From positions 1-39,305 of the forward strand of contig NW_025214123.1 of the NCBI RefSeq assembly GCF_004010195.1: a DNA stretch of 39,305 nt, given 5' to 3'. Made by a program: the position numbers and the translations under genes. The notes beneath the pieces were generated by a model. It was given only the letters and a program-made list of their open reading frames with translations, ran no database searches and was not told the origin of the DNA. This DNA comes from Chiloscyllium plagiosum (taxonomy: Eukaryota). Shown piece by piece: positions 1 through 13,200 of this stretch. The stretch's first letter is position 1. Each line of letters begins with the position of its first letter.

Positions 1-271
1 GACGCAGCGTCCATAGTCTCTAGTGAATCCTAGGGCCACCCCTTGTCTCCAAATCTCCCTGGAATTTTTGTTGCGTTTCCCGGAACGTATATGACCCAGC
101 CCCTTGTAACCAGGTCTCTGTTTTTGTAGATTAGTTTGAAACTGCTGCCTGTTTGAGTGGCAGAGGCAGCGTGAATGCCAGCTTCTGGGACAGAATCCAG
201 TAGCGAGCTGGAGGGCAAAATGCCAGTGGGCTGCTCCGAGAGCTGAGGGTATGGAGTGATCAGAATAGCTC

Positions 272-301
272 AGAGAGAGAGAGAGAGAGAGCGAGCGAGA
301 G
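272..301. repeat. (AG)n microsatellite with interrupted GAGC tail
   Basis: (AG)10 run from 272 followed by CGAGCGAGAG, read directly from the sequence. Confidence 0.9.
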
Positions 302-1129
302 CTGGCCCTATCTGGGATCCTGCCGAACACGTTAATCTTGGGCAGTATCAGCCGGGTGTTGTAAATACATTCACACACAAACAACTACTCGGAAGGGGAA
401 GAGAAAAGTGGCAGGATTGAAGGTGAGCAAAGTGGAGAATTGGAAAGGAAGCCTGGAGCCTAAACCAGGACTCGGGACAGTGACTGTCCTGCCAGTGATA
501 CTGAAACAGGCATCAGGCAAGGGAGGGAGGGGTTTCTCCACCATCCCAGCTGGAAACACTGCCCCACATGGCCAGGAATTGCTGTAGGATCAGCCATCCA
601 CCCTCAAACAGCAAAGGAAACCAATCCTGAGGCAGGGGGCTGAGCCCGTACTCAGAGCAAGGCGGCTTAGTCACTGAGCTACTCTCACAGACAGACACTA
701 CTCACCCCTCACTGAGCCAGCAGAGCCCTGGGGGAGGGTTTCAGATATTCCCCGCACTTCATTCATCAACAAAACCCTGGAATTCCCTCCCCAGTGACAT
801 TGTGGGTTTACCTACACTGACTGACAAGGACAGCAGCAGTTCAAGAAGGCAGCTCACCACCACCTTCTGGAGGGGGGGCTGGCAAAACAGAATGTTGGCC
901 CAGCCAGCGACACGCACACCCCACGGACGATTGTAAAACAGAACCAAGGGAGTGGCCTGCAAGCTGGGAGCCGGGCGGTTGGCAGCGGTTCAGAGTGACT
1001 GAGTTATAAAATGCAGACAGCTGCAAATCAGGACAAGTAGGGGCCACGGCACCATCAGGAACTCAGTCAGGAGCTGACGACAATCACAGGGACCTCAGCA
1101 ACAATATTAACCTCAACTTCCACAGAACC

Positions 1130-1214
1130 GGGCAGGGCCAGAGGTGGAGGGAATGGGGTGGAGGGGAAGGGGTAGGGGAGGAAGGGGGGGTAGATGGGGG
1201 GTGGAATGGGGTGG
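1130..1214 (+). other. G-rich low-complexity tract, putative G-quadruplex-forming sequence
   Basis: Ten runs of 3 or more G (1130, 1135, 1149, 1155, 1163, 1169, 1175, 1184, 1196, 1208), mostly with 2-6 nt loops, fitting the G3+N1-7 pattern. It contains a 13-nt direct repeat GGAATGGGGTGGA (1150-1162, 1203-1215). Folding is inferred, not shown. Confidence 0.75.
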
Positions 1215-4200
1215 AATGCGTGAGTGCAAGAGCGAGAATGTGTGTGTGCTTGAGAGAGAGAATGCTTGTGAGAGAGAGAATGCGTGTGTGTGAGAGAGAA
1301 TGCGTATGAGAGAGAGAATGCGTTGTGAGAGACGGAGAATACATGAGTGTGACAGAGAGAGAATGCGTGAGTGCAAGAGCGAGAATGTGTGTGTGCTTGA
1401 GAGAGAGAATGCTTGTGAGAGAGAGAATGCGTGTGTGTGAGAGAGAATGCGTATGAGAGAGAGAATGCGTTGTGAGAGACGGAGAATACATGAGTGTGAC
1501 AGAGAGAGAATGCGTGAGTGCAAGAGCGAGAATGTGTGTGTGCTTGAGAGAGAGAATGCTTGTGAGAGAGAGAATGCGTGTGTGTGAGAGAGAATGCGTA
1601 TGAGAGAGAGAATGCGTTGTGAGAGACGGAGAATACATGAGTGTGACAGAGAGAGAATGCGTGAGTGCAAGAGCGAGAATGTGTGTGTGCTTGAGAGAGA
1701 GAATGCTTGTGAGAGAGAGAATGCGTGTGTGTGAGAGAGAATGCGTATGAGAGAGAGAATGCGTTGTGAGAGACGGAGAATACATGAGTGTGACAGAGAG
1801 AGAATGCGTGAGTGCAAGAGCGAGAATGTGTGTGTGCTTGAGAGAGAGAATGCTTGTGAGAGAGAGAATGCGTGTGTGTGAGAGAGAATGCGTATGAGAG
1901 AGAGAATGCGTTGTGAGAGACGGAGAATACATGAGTGTGACAGAGAGAGAATGCGTGAGTGCAAGAGCGAGAATGTGTGTGTGCTTGAGAGAGAGAATGC
2001 TTGTGAGAGAGAGAATGCGTGTGTGTGAGAGAGAATGCGTATGAGAGAGAGAATGCGTTGTGAGAGACGGAGAATACATGAGTGTGACAGAGAGAGAATG
2101 CGTGAGTGCAAGAGCGAGAATGTGTGTGTGCTTGAGAGAGAGAATGCTTGTGAGAGAGAGAATGCGTGTGTGTGAGAGAGAATGCGTATGAGAGAGAGAA
2201 TGCGTTGTGAGAGACGGAGAATACATGAGTGTGACAGAGAGAGAATGCGTGAGTGCAAGAGCGAGAATGTGTGTGTGCTTGAGAGAGAGAATGCTTGTGA
2301 GAGAGAGAATGCGTGTGTGTGAGAGAGAATGCGTATGAGAGAGAGAATGCGTTGTGAGAGACGGAGAATACATGAGTGTGACAGAGAGAGAATGCGTGAG
2401 TGCAAGAGCGAGAATGTGTGTGTGCTTGAGAGAGAGAATGCTTGTGAGAGAGAGAATGCGTGTGTGTGAGAGAGAATGCGTATGAGAGAGAGAATGCGTT
2501 GTGAGAGACGGAGAATACATGAGTGTGACAGAGAGAGAATGCGTGAGTGCAAGAGCGAGAATGTGTGTGTGCTTGAGAGAGAGAATGCTTGTGAGAGAGA
2601 GAATGCGTGTGTGTGAGAGAGAATGCGTATGAGAGAGAGAATGCGTTGTGAGAGACGGAGAATACATGAGTGTGACAGAGAGAGAATGCGTGAGTGCAAG
2701 AGCGAGAATGTGTGTGTGCTTGAGAGAGAGAATGCTTGTGAGAGAGAGAATGCGTGTGTGTGAGAGAGAATGCGTATGAGAGAGAGAATGCGTTGTGAGA
2801 GACGGAGAATACATGAGTGTGACAGAGAGAGAATGCGTGAGTGCAAGAGCGAGAATGTGTGTGTGCTTGAGAGAGAGAATGCTTGTGAGAGAGAGAATGC
2901 GTGTGTGTGAGAGAGAATGCGTATGAGAGAGAGAATGCGTTGTGAGAGACGGAGAATACATGAGTGTGACAGAGAGAGAATGCGTGAGTGCAAGAGCGAG
3001 AATGTGTGTGTGCTTGAGAGAGAGAATGCTTGTGAGAGAGAGAATGCGTGTGTGTGAGAGAGAATGCGTATGAGAGAGAGAATGCGTTGTGAGAGACGGA
3101 GAATACATGAGTGTGACAGAGAGAGAATGCGTGAGTGCAAGAGCGAGAATGTGTGTGTGCTTGAGAGAGAGAATGCTTGTGAGAGAGAGAATGCGTGTGT
3201 GTGAGAGAGAATGCGTATGAGAGAGAGAATGCGTTGTGAGAGACGGAGAATACATGAGTGTGACAGAGAGAGAATGCGTGAGTGCAAGAGCGAGAATGTG
3301 TGTGTGCTTGAGAGAGAGAATGCTTGTGAGAGAGAGAATGCGTGTGTGTGAGAGAGAATGCGTATGAGAGAGAGAATGCGTTGTGAGAGACGGAGAATAC
3401 ATGAGTGTGACAGAGAGAGAATGCGTGAGTGCAAGAGCGAGAATGTGTGTGTGCTTGAGAGAGAGAATGCTTGTGAGAGAGAGAATGCGTGTGTGTGAGA
3501 GAGAATGCGTATGAGAGAGAGAATGCGTTGTGAGAGACGGAGAATACATGAGTGTGACAGAGAGAGAATGCGTGAGTGCAAGAGCGAGAATGTGTGTGTG
3601 CTTGAGAGAGAGAATGCTTGTGAGAGAGAGAATGCGTGTGTGTGAGAGAGAATGCGTATGAGAGAGAGAATGCGTTGTGAGAGACGGAGAATACATGAGT
3701 GTGACAGAGAGAGAATGCGTGAGTGCAAGAGCGAGAATGTGTGTGTGCTTGAGAGAGAGAATGCTTGTGAGAGAGAGAATGCGTGTGTGTGAGAGAGAAT
3801 GCGTATGAGAGAGAGAATGCGTTGTGAGAGACGGAGAATACATGAGTGTGACAGAGAGAGAATGCGTGAGTGCAAGAGCGAGAATGTGTGTGTGCTTGAG
3901 AGAGAGAATGCTTGTGAGAGAGAGAATGCGTGTGTGTGAGAGAGAATGCGTATGAGAGAGAGAATGCGTTGTGAGAGACGGAGAATACATGAGTGTGACA
4001 GAGAGAGAATGCGTGAGTGCAAGAGCGAGAATGTGTGTGTGCTTGAGAGAGAGAATGCTTGTGAGAGAGAGAATGCGTGTGTGTGAGAGAGAATGCGTAT
4101 GAGAGAGAGAATGCGTTGTGAGAGACGGAGAATACATGAGTGTGACAGAGAGAGAATGCGTGAGTGCAAGAGCGAGAATGTGTGTGTGCTTGAGAGAGAG

Positions 4201-7200
4201 AATGCTTGTGAGAGAGAGAATGCGTGTGTGTGAGAGAGAATGCGTATGAGAGAGAGAATGCGTTGTGAGAGACGGAGAATACATGAGTGTGACAGAGAGA
4301 GAATGCGTGAGTGCAAGAGCGAGAATGTGTGTGTGCTTGAGAGAGAGAATGCTTGTGAGAGAGAGAATGCGTGTGTGTGAGAGAGAATGCGTATGAGAGA
4401 GAGAATGCGTTGTGAGAGACGGAGAATACATGAGTGTGACAGAGAGAGAATGCGTGAGTGCAAGAGCGAGAATGTGTGTGTGCTTGAGAGAGAGAATGCT
4501 TGTGAGAGAGAGAATGCGTGTGTGTGAGAGAGAATGCGTATGAGAGAGAGAATGCGTTGTGAGAGACGGAGAATACATGAGTGTGACAGAGAGAGAATGC
4601 GTGAGTGCAAGAGCGAGAATGTGTGTGTGCTTGAGAGAGAGAATGCTTGTGAGAGAGAGAATGCGTGTGTGTGAGAGAGAATGCGTATGAGAGAGAGAAT
4701 GCGTTGTGAGAGACGGAGAATACATGAGTGTGACAGAGAGAGAATGCGTGAGTGCAAGAGCGAGAATGTGTGTGTGCTTGAGAGAGAGAATGCTTGTGAG
4801 AGAGAGAATGCGTGTGTGTGAGAGAGAATGCGTATGAGAGAGAGAATGCGTTGTGAGAGACGGAGAATACATGAGTGTGACAGAGAGAGAATGCGTGAGT
4901 GCAAGAGCGAGAATGTGTGTGTGCTTGAGAGAGAGAATGCTTGTGAGAGAGAGAATGCGTGTGTGTGAGAGAGAATGCGTATGAGAGAGAGAATGCGTTG
5001 TGAGAGACGGAGAATACATGAGTGTGACAGAGAGAGAATGCGTGAGTGCAAGAGCGAGAATGTGTGTGTGCTTGAGAGAGAGAATGCTTGTGAGAGAGAG
5101 AATGCGTGTGTGTGAGAGAGAATGCGTATGAGAGAGAGAATGCGTTGTGAGAGACGGAGAATACATGAGTGTGACAGAGAGAGAATGCGTGAGTGCAAGA
5201 GCGAGAATGTGTGTGTGCTTGAGAGAGAGAATGCTTGTGAGAGAGAGAATGCGTGTGTGTGAGAGAGAATGCGTATGAGAGAGAGAATGCGTTGTGAGAG
5301 ACGGAGAATACATGAGTGTGACAGAGAGAGAATGCGTGAGTGCAAGAGCGAGAATGTGTGTGTGCTTGAGAGAGAGAATGCTTGTGAGAGAGAGAATGCG
5401 TGTGTGTGAGAGAGAATGCGTATGAGAGAGAGAATGCGTTGTGAGAGACGGAGAATACATGAGTGTGACAGAGAGAGAATGCGTGAGTGCAAGAGCGAGA
5501 ATGTGTGTGTGCTTGAGAGAGAGAATGCTTGTGAGAGAGAGAATGCGTGTGTGTGAGAGAGAATGCGTATGAGAGAGAGAATGCGTTGTGAGAGACGGAG
5601 AATACATGAGTGTGACAGAGAGAGAATGCGTGAGTGCAAGAGCGAGAATGTGTGTGTGCTTGAGAGAGAGAATGCTTGTGAGAGAGAGAATGCGTGTGTG
5701 TGAGAGAGAATGCGTATGAGAGAGAGAATGCGTTGTGAGAGACGGAGAATACATGAGTGTGACAGAGAGAGAATGCGTGAGTGCAAGAGCGAGAATGTGT
5801 GTGTGCTTGAGAGAGAGAATGCTTGTGAGAGAGAGAATGCGTGTGTGTGAGAGAGAATGCGTATGAGAGAGAGAATGCGTTGTGAGAGACGGAGAATACA
5901 TGAGTGTGACAGAGAGAGAATGCGTGAGTGCAAGAGCGAGAATGTGTGTGTGCTTGAGAGAGAGAATGCTTGTGAGAGAGAGAATGCGTGTGTGTGAGAG
6001 AGAATGCGTATGAGAGAGAGAATGCGTTGTGAGAGACGGAGAATACATGAGTGTGACAGAGAGAGAATGCGTGAGTGCAAGAGCGAGAATGTGTGTGTGC
6101 TTGAGAGAGAGAATGCTTGTGAGAGAGAGAATGCGTGTGTGTGAGAGAGAATGCGTATGAGAGAGAGAATGCGTTGTGAGAGACGGAGAATACATGAGTG
6201 TGACAGAGAGAGAATGCGTGAGTGCAAGAGCGAGAATGTGTGTGTGCTTGAGAGAGAGAATGCTTGTGAGAGAGAGAATGCGTGTGTGTGAGAGAGAATG
6301 CGTATGAGAGAGAGAATGCGTTGTGAGAGACGGAGAATACATGAGTGTGACAGAGAGAGAATGCGTGAGTGCAAGAGCGAGAATGTGTGTGTGCTTGAGA
6401 GAGAGAATGCTTGTGAGAGAGAGAATGCGTGTGTGTGAGAGAGAATGCGTATGAGAGAGAGAATGCGTTGTGAGAGACGGAGAATACATGAGTGTGACAG
6501 AGAGAGAATGCGTGAGTGCAAGAGCGAGAATGTGTGTGTGCTTGAGAGAGAGAATGCTTGTGAGAGAGAGAATGCGTGTGTGTGAGAGAGAATGCGTATG
6601 AGAGAGAGAATGCGTTGTGAGAGACGGAGAATACATGAGTGTGACAGAGAGAGAATGCGTGAGTGCAAGAGCGAGAATGTGTGTGTGCTTGAGAGAGAGA
6701 ATGCTTGTGAGAGAGAGAATGCGTGTGTGTGAGAGAGAATGCGTATGAGAGAGAGAATGCGTTGTGAGAGACGGAGAATACATGAGTGTGACAGAGAGAG
6801 AATGCGTGAGTGCAAGAGCGAGAATGTGTGTGTGCTTGAGAGAGAGAATGCTTGTGAGAGAGAGAATGCGTGTGTGTGAGAGAGAATGCGTATGAGAGAG
6901 AGAATGCGTTGTGAGAGACGGAGAATACATGAGTGTGACAGAGAGAGAATGCGTGAGTGCAAGAGCGAGAATGTGTGTGTGCTTGAGAGAGAGAATGCTT
7001 GTGAGAGAGAGAATGCGTGTGTGTGAGAGAGAATGCGTATGAGAGAGAGAATGCGTTGTGAGAGACGGAGAATACATGAGTGTGACAGAGAGAGAATGCG
7101 TGAGTGCAAGAGCGAGAATGTGTGTGTGCTTGAGAGAGAGAATGCTTGTGAGAGAGAGAATGCGTGTGTGTGAGAGAGAATGCGTATGAGAGAGAGAATG

Positions 7201-10200
7201 CGTTGTGAGAGACGGAGAATACATGAGTGTGACAGAGAGAGAATGCGTGAGTGCAAGAGCGAGAATGTGTGTGTGCTTGAGAGAGAGAATGCTTGTGAGA
7301 GAGAGAATGCGTGTGTGTGAGAGAGAATGCGTATGAGAGAGAGAATGCGTTGTGAGAGACGGAGAATACATGAGTGTGACAGAGAGAGAATGCGTGAGTG
7401 CAAGAGCGAGAATGTGTGTGTGCTTGAGAGAGAGAATGCTTGTGAGAGAGAGAATGCGTGTGTGTGAGAGAGAATGCGTATGAGAGAGAGAATGCGTTGT
7501 GAGAGACGGAGAATACATGAGTGTGACAGAGAGAGAATGCGTGAGTGCAAGAGCGAGAATGTGTGTGTGCTTGAGAGAGAGAATGCTTGTGAGAGAGAGA
7601 ATGCGTGTGTGTGAGAGAGAATGCGTATGAGAGAGAGAATGCGTTGTGAGAGACGGAGAATACATGAGTGTGACAGAGAGAGAATGCGTGAGTGCAAGAG
7701 CGAGAATGTGTGTGTGCTTGAGAGAGAGAATGCTTGTGAGAGAGAGAATGCGTGTGTGTGAGAGAGAATGCGTATGAGAGAGAGAATGCGTTGTGAGAGA
7801 CGGAGAATACATGAGTGTGACAGAGAGAGAATGCGTGAGTGCAAGAGCGAGAATGTGTGTGTGCTTGAGAGAGAGAATGCTTGTGAGAGAGAGAATGCGT
7901 GTGTGTGAGAGAGAATGCGTATGAGAGAGAGAATGCGTTGTGAGAGACGGAGAATACATGAGTGTGACAGAGAGAGAATGCGTGAGTGCAAGAGCGAGAA
8001 TGTGTGTGTGCTTGAGAGAGAGAATGCTTGTGAGAGAGAGAATGCGTGTGTGTGAGAGAGAATGCGTATGAGAGAGAGAATGCGTTGTGAGAGACGGAGA
8101 ATACATGAGTGTGACAGAGAGAGAATGCGTGAGTGCAAGAGCGAGAATGTGTGTGTGCTTGAGAGAGAGAATGCTTGTGAGAGAGAGAATGCGTGTGTGT
8201 GAGAGAGAATGCGTATGAGAGAGAGAATGCGTTGTGAGAGACGGAGAATACATGAGTGTGACAGAGAGAGAATGCGTGAGTGCAAGAGCGAGAATGTGTG
8301 TGTGCTTGAGAGAGAGAATGCTTGTGAGAGAGAGAATGCGTGTGTGTGAGAGAGAATGCGTATGAGAGAGAGAATGCGTTGTGAGAGACGGAGAATACAT
8401 GAGTGTGACAGAGAGAGAATGCGTGAGTGCAAGAGCGAGAATGTGTGTGTGCTTGAGAGAGAGAATGCTTGTGAGAGAGAGAATGCGTGTGTGTGAGAGA
8501 GAATGCGTATGAGAGAGAGAATGCGTTGTGAGAGACGGAGAATACATGAGTGTGACAGAGAGAGAATGCGTGAGTGCAAGAGCGAGAATGTGTGTGTGCT
8601 TGAGAGAGAGAATGCTTGTGAGAGAGAGAATGCGTGTGTGTGAGAGAGAATGCGTATGAGAGAGAGAATGCGTTGTGAGAGACGGAGAATACATGAGTGT
8701 GACAGAGAGAGAATGCGTGAGTGCAAGAGCGAGAATGTGTGTGTGCTTGAGAGAGAGAATGCTTGTGAGAGAGAGAATGCGTGTGTGTGAGAGAGAATGC
8801 GTATGAGAGAGAGAATGCGTTGTGAGAGACGGAGAATACATGAGTGTGACAGAGAGAGAATGCGTGAGTGCAAGAGCGAGAATGTGTGTGTGCTTGAGAG
8901 AGAGAATGCTTGTGAGAGAGAGAATGCGTGTGTGTGAGAGAGAATGCGTATGAGAGAGAGAATGCGTTGTGAGAGACGGAGAATACATGAGTGTGACAGA
9001 GAGAGAATGCGTGAGTGCAAGAGCGAGAATGTGTGTGTGCTTGAGAGAGAGAATGCTTGTGAGAGAGAGAATGCGTGTGTGTGAGAGAGAATGCGTATGA
9101 GAGAGAGAATGCGTTGTGAGAGACGGAGAATACATGAGTGTGACAGAGAGAGAATGCGTGAGTGCAAGAGCGAGAATGTGTGTGTGCTTGAGAGAGAGAA
9201 TGCTTGTGAGAGAGAGAATGCGTGTGTGTGAGAGAGAATGCGTATGAGAGAGAGAATGCGTTGTGAGAGACGGAGAATACATGAGTGTGACAGAGAGAGA
9301 ATGCGTGAGTGCAAGAGCGAGAATGTGTGTGTGCTTGAGAGAGAGAATGCTTGTGAGAGAGAGAATGCGTGTGTGTGAGAGAGAATGCGTATGAGAGAGA
9401 GAATGCGTTGTGAGAGACGGAGAATACATGAGTGTGACAGAGAGAGAATGCGTGAGTGCAAGAGCGAGAATGTGTGTGTGCTTGAGAGAGAGAATGCTTG
9501 TGAGAGAGAGAATGCGTGTGTGTGAGAGAGAATGCGTATGAGAGAGAGAATGCGTTGTGAGAGACGGAGAATACATGAGTGTGACAGAGAGAGAATGCGT
9601 GAGTGCAAGAGCGAGAATGTGTGTGTGCTTGAGAGAGAGAATGCTTGTGAGAGAGAGAATGCGTGTGTGTGAGAGAGAATGCGTATGAGAGAGAGAATGC
9701 GTTGTGAGAGACGGAGAATACATGAGTGTGACAGAGAGAGAATGCGTGAGTGCAAGAGCGAGAATGTGTGTGTGCTTGAGAGAGAGAATGCTTGTGAGAG
9801 AGAGAATGCGTGTGTGTGAGAGAGAATGCGTATGAGAGAGAGAATGCGTTGTGAGAGACGGAGAATACATGAGTGTGACAGAGAGAGAATGCGTGAGTGC
9901 AAGAGCGAGAATGTGTGTGTGCTTGAGAGAGAGAATGCTTGTGAGAGAGAGAATGCGTGTGTGTGAGAGAGAATGCGTATGAGAGAGAGAATGCGTTGTG
10001 AGAGACGGAGAATACATGAGTGTGACAGAGAGAGAATGCGTGAGTGCAAGAGCGAGAATGTGTGTGTGCTTGAGAGAGAGAATGCTTGTGAGAGAGAGAA
10101 TGCGTGTGTGTGAGAGAGAATGCGTATGAGAGAGAGAATGCGTTGTGAGAGACGGAGAATACATGAGTGTGACAGAGAGAGAATGCGTGAGTGCAAGAGC

Positions 10201-13200
10201 GAGAATGTGTGTGTGCTTGAGAGAGAGAATGCTTGTGAGAGAGAGAATGCGTGTGTGTGAGAGAGAATGCGTATGAGAGAGAGAATGCGTTGTGAGAGAC
10301 GGAGAATACATGAGTGTGACAGAGAGAGAATGCGTGAGTGCAAGAGCGAGAATGTGTGTGTGCTTGAGAGAGAGAATGCTTGTGAGAGAGAGAATGCGTG
10401 TGTGTGAGAGAGAATGCGTATGAGAGAGAGAATGCGTTGTGAGAGACGGAGAATACATGAGTGTGACAGAGAGAGAATGCGTGAGTGCAAGAGCGAGAAT
10501 GTGTGTGTGCTTGAGAGAGAGAATGCTTGTGAGAGAGAGAATGCGTGTGTGTGAGAGAGAATGCGTATGAGAGAGAGAATGCGTTGTGAGAGACGGAGAA
10601 TACATGAGTGTGACAGAGAGAGAATGCGTGAGTGCAAGAGCGAGAATGTGTGTGTGCTTGAGAGAGAGAATGCTTGTGAGAGAGAGAATGCGTGTGTGTG
10701 AGAGAGAATGCGTATGAGAGAGAGAATGCGTTGTGAGAGACGGAGAATACATGAGTGTGACAGAGAGAGAATGCGTGAGTGCAAGAGCGAGAATGTGTGT
10801 GTGCTTGAGAGAGAGAATGCTTGTGAGAGAGAGAATGCGTGTGTGTGAGAGAGAATGCGTATGAGAGAGAGAATGCGTTGTGAGAGACGGAGAATACATG
10901 AGTGTGACAGAGAGAGAATGCGTGAGTGCAAGAGCGAGAATGTGTGTGTGCTTGAGAGAGAGAATGCTTGTGAGAGAGAGAATGCGTGTGTGTGAGAGAG
11001 AATGCGTATGAGAGAGAGAATGCGTTGTGAGAGACGGAGAATACATGAGTGTGACAGAGAGAGAATGCGTGAGTGCAAGAGCGAGAATGTGTGTGTGCTT
11101 GAGAGAGAGAATGCTTGTGAGAGAGAGAATGCGTGTGTGTGAGAGAGAATGCGTATGAGAGAGAGAATGCGTTGTGAGAGACGGAGAATACATGAGTGTG
11201 ACAGAGAGAGAATGCGTGAGTGCAAGAGCGAGAATGTGTGTGTGCTTGAGAGAGAGAATGCTTGTGAGAGAGAGAATGCGTGTGTGTGAGAGAGAATGCG
11301 TATGAGAGAGAGAATGCGTTGTGAGAGACGGAGAATACATGAGTGTGACAGAGAGAGAATGCGTGAGTGCAAGAGCGAGAATGTGTGTGTGCTTGAGAGA
11401 GAGAATGCTTGTGAGAGAGAGAATGCGTGTGTGTGAGAGAGAATGCGTATGAGAGAGAGAATGCGTTGTGAGAGACGGAGAATACATGAGTGTGACAGAG
11501 AGAGAATGCGTGAGTGCAAGAGCGAGAATGTGTGTGTGCTTGAGAGAGAGAATGCTTGTGAGAGAGAGAATGCGTGTGTGTGAGAGAGAATGCGTATGAG
11601 AGAGAGAATGCGTTGTGAGAGACGGAGAATACATGAGTGTGACAGAGAGAGAATGCGTGAGTGCAAGAGCGAGAATGTGTGTGTGCTTGAGAGAGAGAAT
11701 GCTTGTGAGAGAGAGAATGCGTGTGTGTGAGAGAGAATGCGTATGAGAGAGAGAATGCGTTGTGAGAGACGGAGAATACATGAGTGTGACAGAGAGAGAA
11801 TGCGTGAGTGCAAGAGCGAGAATGTGTGTGTGCTTGAGAGAGAGAATGCTTGTGAGAGAGAGAATGCGTGTGTGTGAGAGAGAATGCGTATGAGAGAGAG
11901 AATGCGTTGTGAGAGACGGAGAATACATGAGTGTGACAGAGAGAGAATGCGTGAGTGCAAGAGCGAGAATGTGTGTGTGCTTGAGAGAGAGAATGCTTGT
12001 GAGAGAGAGAATGCGTGTGTGTGAGAGAGAATGCGTATGAGAGAGAGAATGCGTTGTGAGAGACGGAGAATACATGAGTGTGACAGAGAGAGAATGCGTG
12101 AGTGCAAGAGCGAGAATGTGTGTGTGCTTGAGAGAGAGAATGCTTGTGAGAGAGAGAATGCGTGTGTGTGAGAGAGAATGCGTATGAGAGAGAGAATGCG
12201 TTGTGAGAGACGGAGAATACATGAGTGTGACAGAGAGAGAATGCGTGAGTGCAAGAGCGAGAATGTGTGTGTGCTTGAGAGAGAGAATGCTTGTGAGAGA
12301 GAGAATGCGTGTGTGTGAGAGAGAATGCGTATGAGAGAGAGAATGCGTTGTGAGAGACGGAGAATACATGAGTGTGACAGAGAGAGAATGCGTGAGTGCA
12401 AGAGCGAGAATGTGTGTGTGCTTGAGAGAGAGAATGCTTGTGAGAGAGAGAATGCGTGTGTGTGAGAGAGAATGCGTATGAGAGAGAGAATGCGTTGTGA
12501 GAGACGGAGAATACATGAGTGTGACAGAGAGAGAATGCGTGAGTGCAAGAGCGAGAATGTGTGTGTGCTTGAGAGAGAGAATGCTTGTGAGAGAGAGAAT
12601 GCGTGTGTGTGAGAGAGAATGCGTATGAGAGAGAGAATGCGTTGTGAGAGACGGAGAATACATGAGTGTGACAGAGAGAGAATGCGTGAGTGCAAGAGCG
12701 AGAATGTGTGTGTGCTTGAGAGAGAGAATGCTTGTGAGAGAGAGAATGCGTGTGTGTGAGAGAGAATGCGTATGAGAGAGAGAATGCGTTGTGAGAGACG
12801 GAGAATACATGAGTGTGACAGAGAGAGAATGCGTGAGTGCAAGAGCGAGAATGTGTGTGTGCTTGAGAGAGAGAATGCTTGTGAGAGAGAGAATGCGTGT
12901 GTGTGAGAGAGAATGCGTATGAGAGAGAGAATGCGTTGTGAGAGACGGAGAATACATGAGTGTGACAGAGAGAGAATGCGTGAGTGCAAGAGCGAGAATG
13001 TGTGTGTGCTTGAGAGAGAGAATGCTTGTGAGAGAGAGAATGCGTGTGTGTGAGAGAGAATGCGTATGAGAGAGAGAATGCGTTGTGAGAGACGGAGAAT
13101 ACATGAGTGTGACAGAGAGAGAATGCGTGAGTGCAAGAGCGAGAATGTGTGTGTGCTTGAGAGAGAGAATGCTTGTGAGAGAGAGAATGCGTGTGTGTGA

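Noticed and set aside
30..1047. Short minus-strand ORFs and possible splice signals in the left flank (GTGAGT donor-like at 705-700, pyrimidine tract at 301-272)
   Set aside because: There is no recognisable protein similarity or coherent exon structure. An exon cannot be excluded without RNA-seq or homology search.
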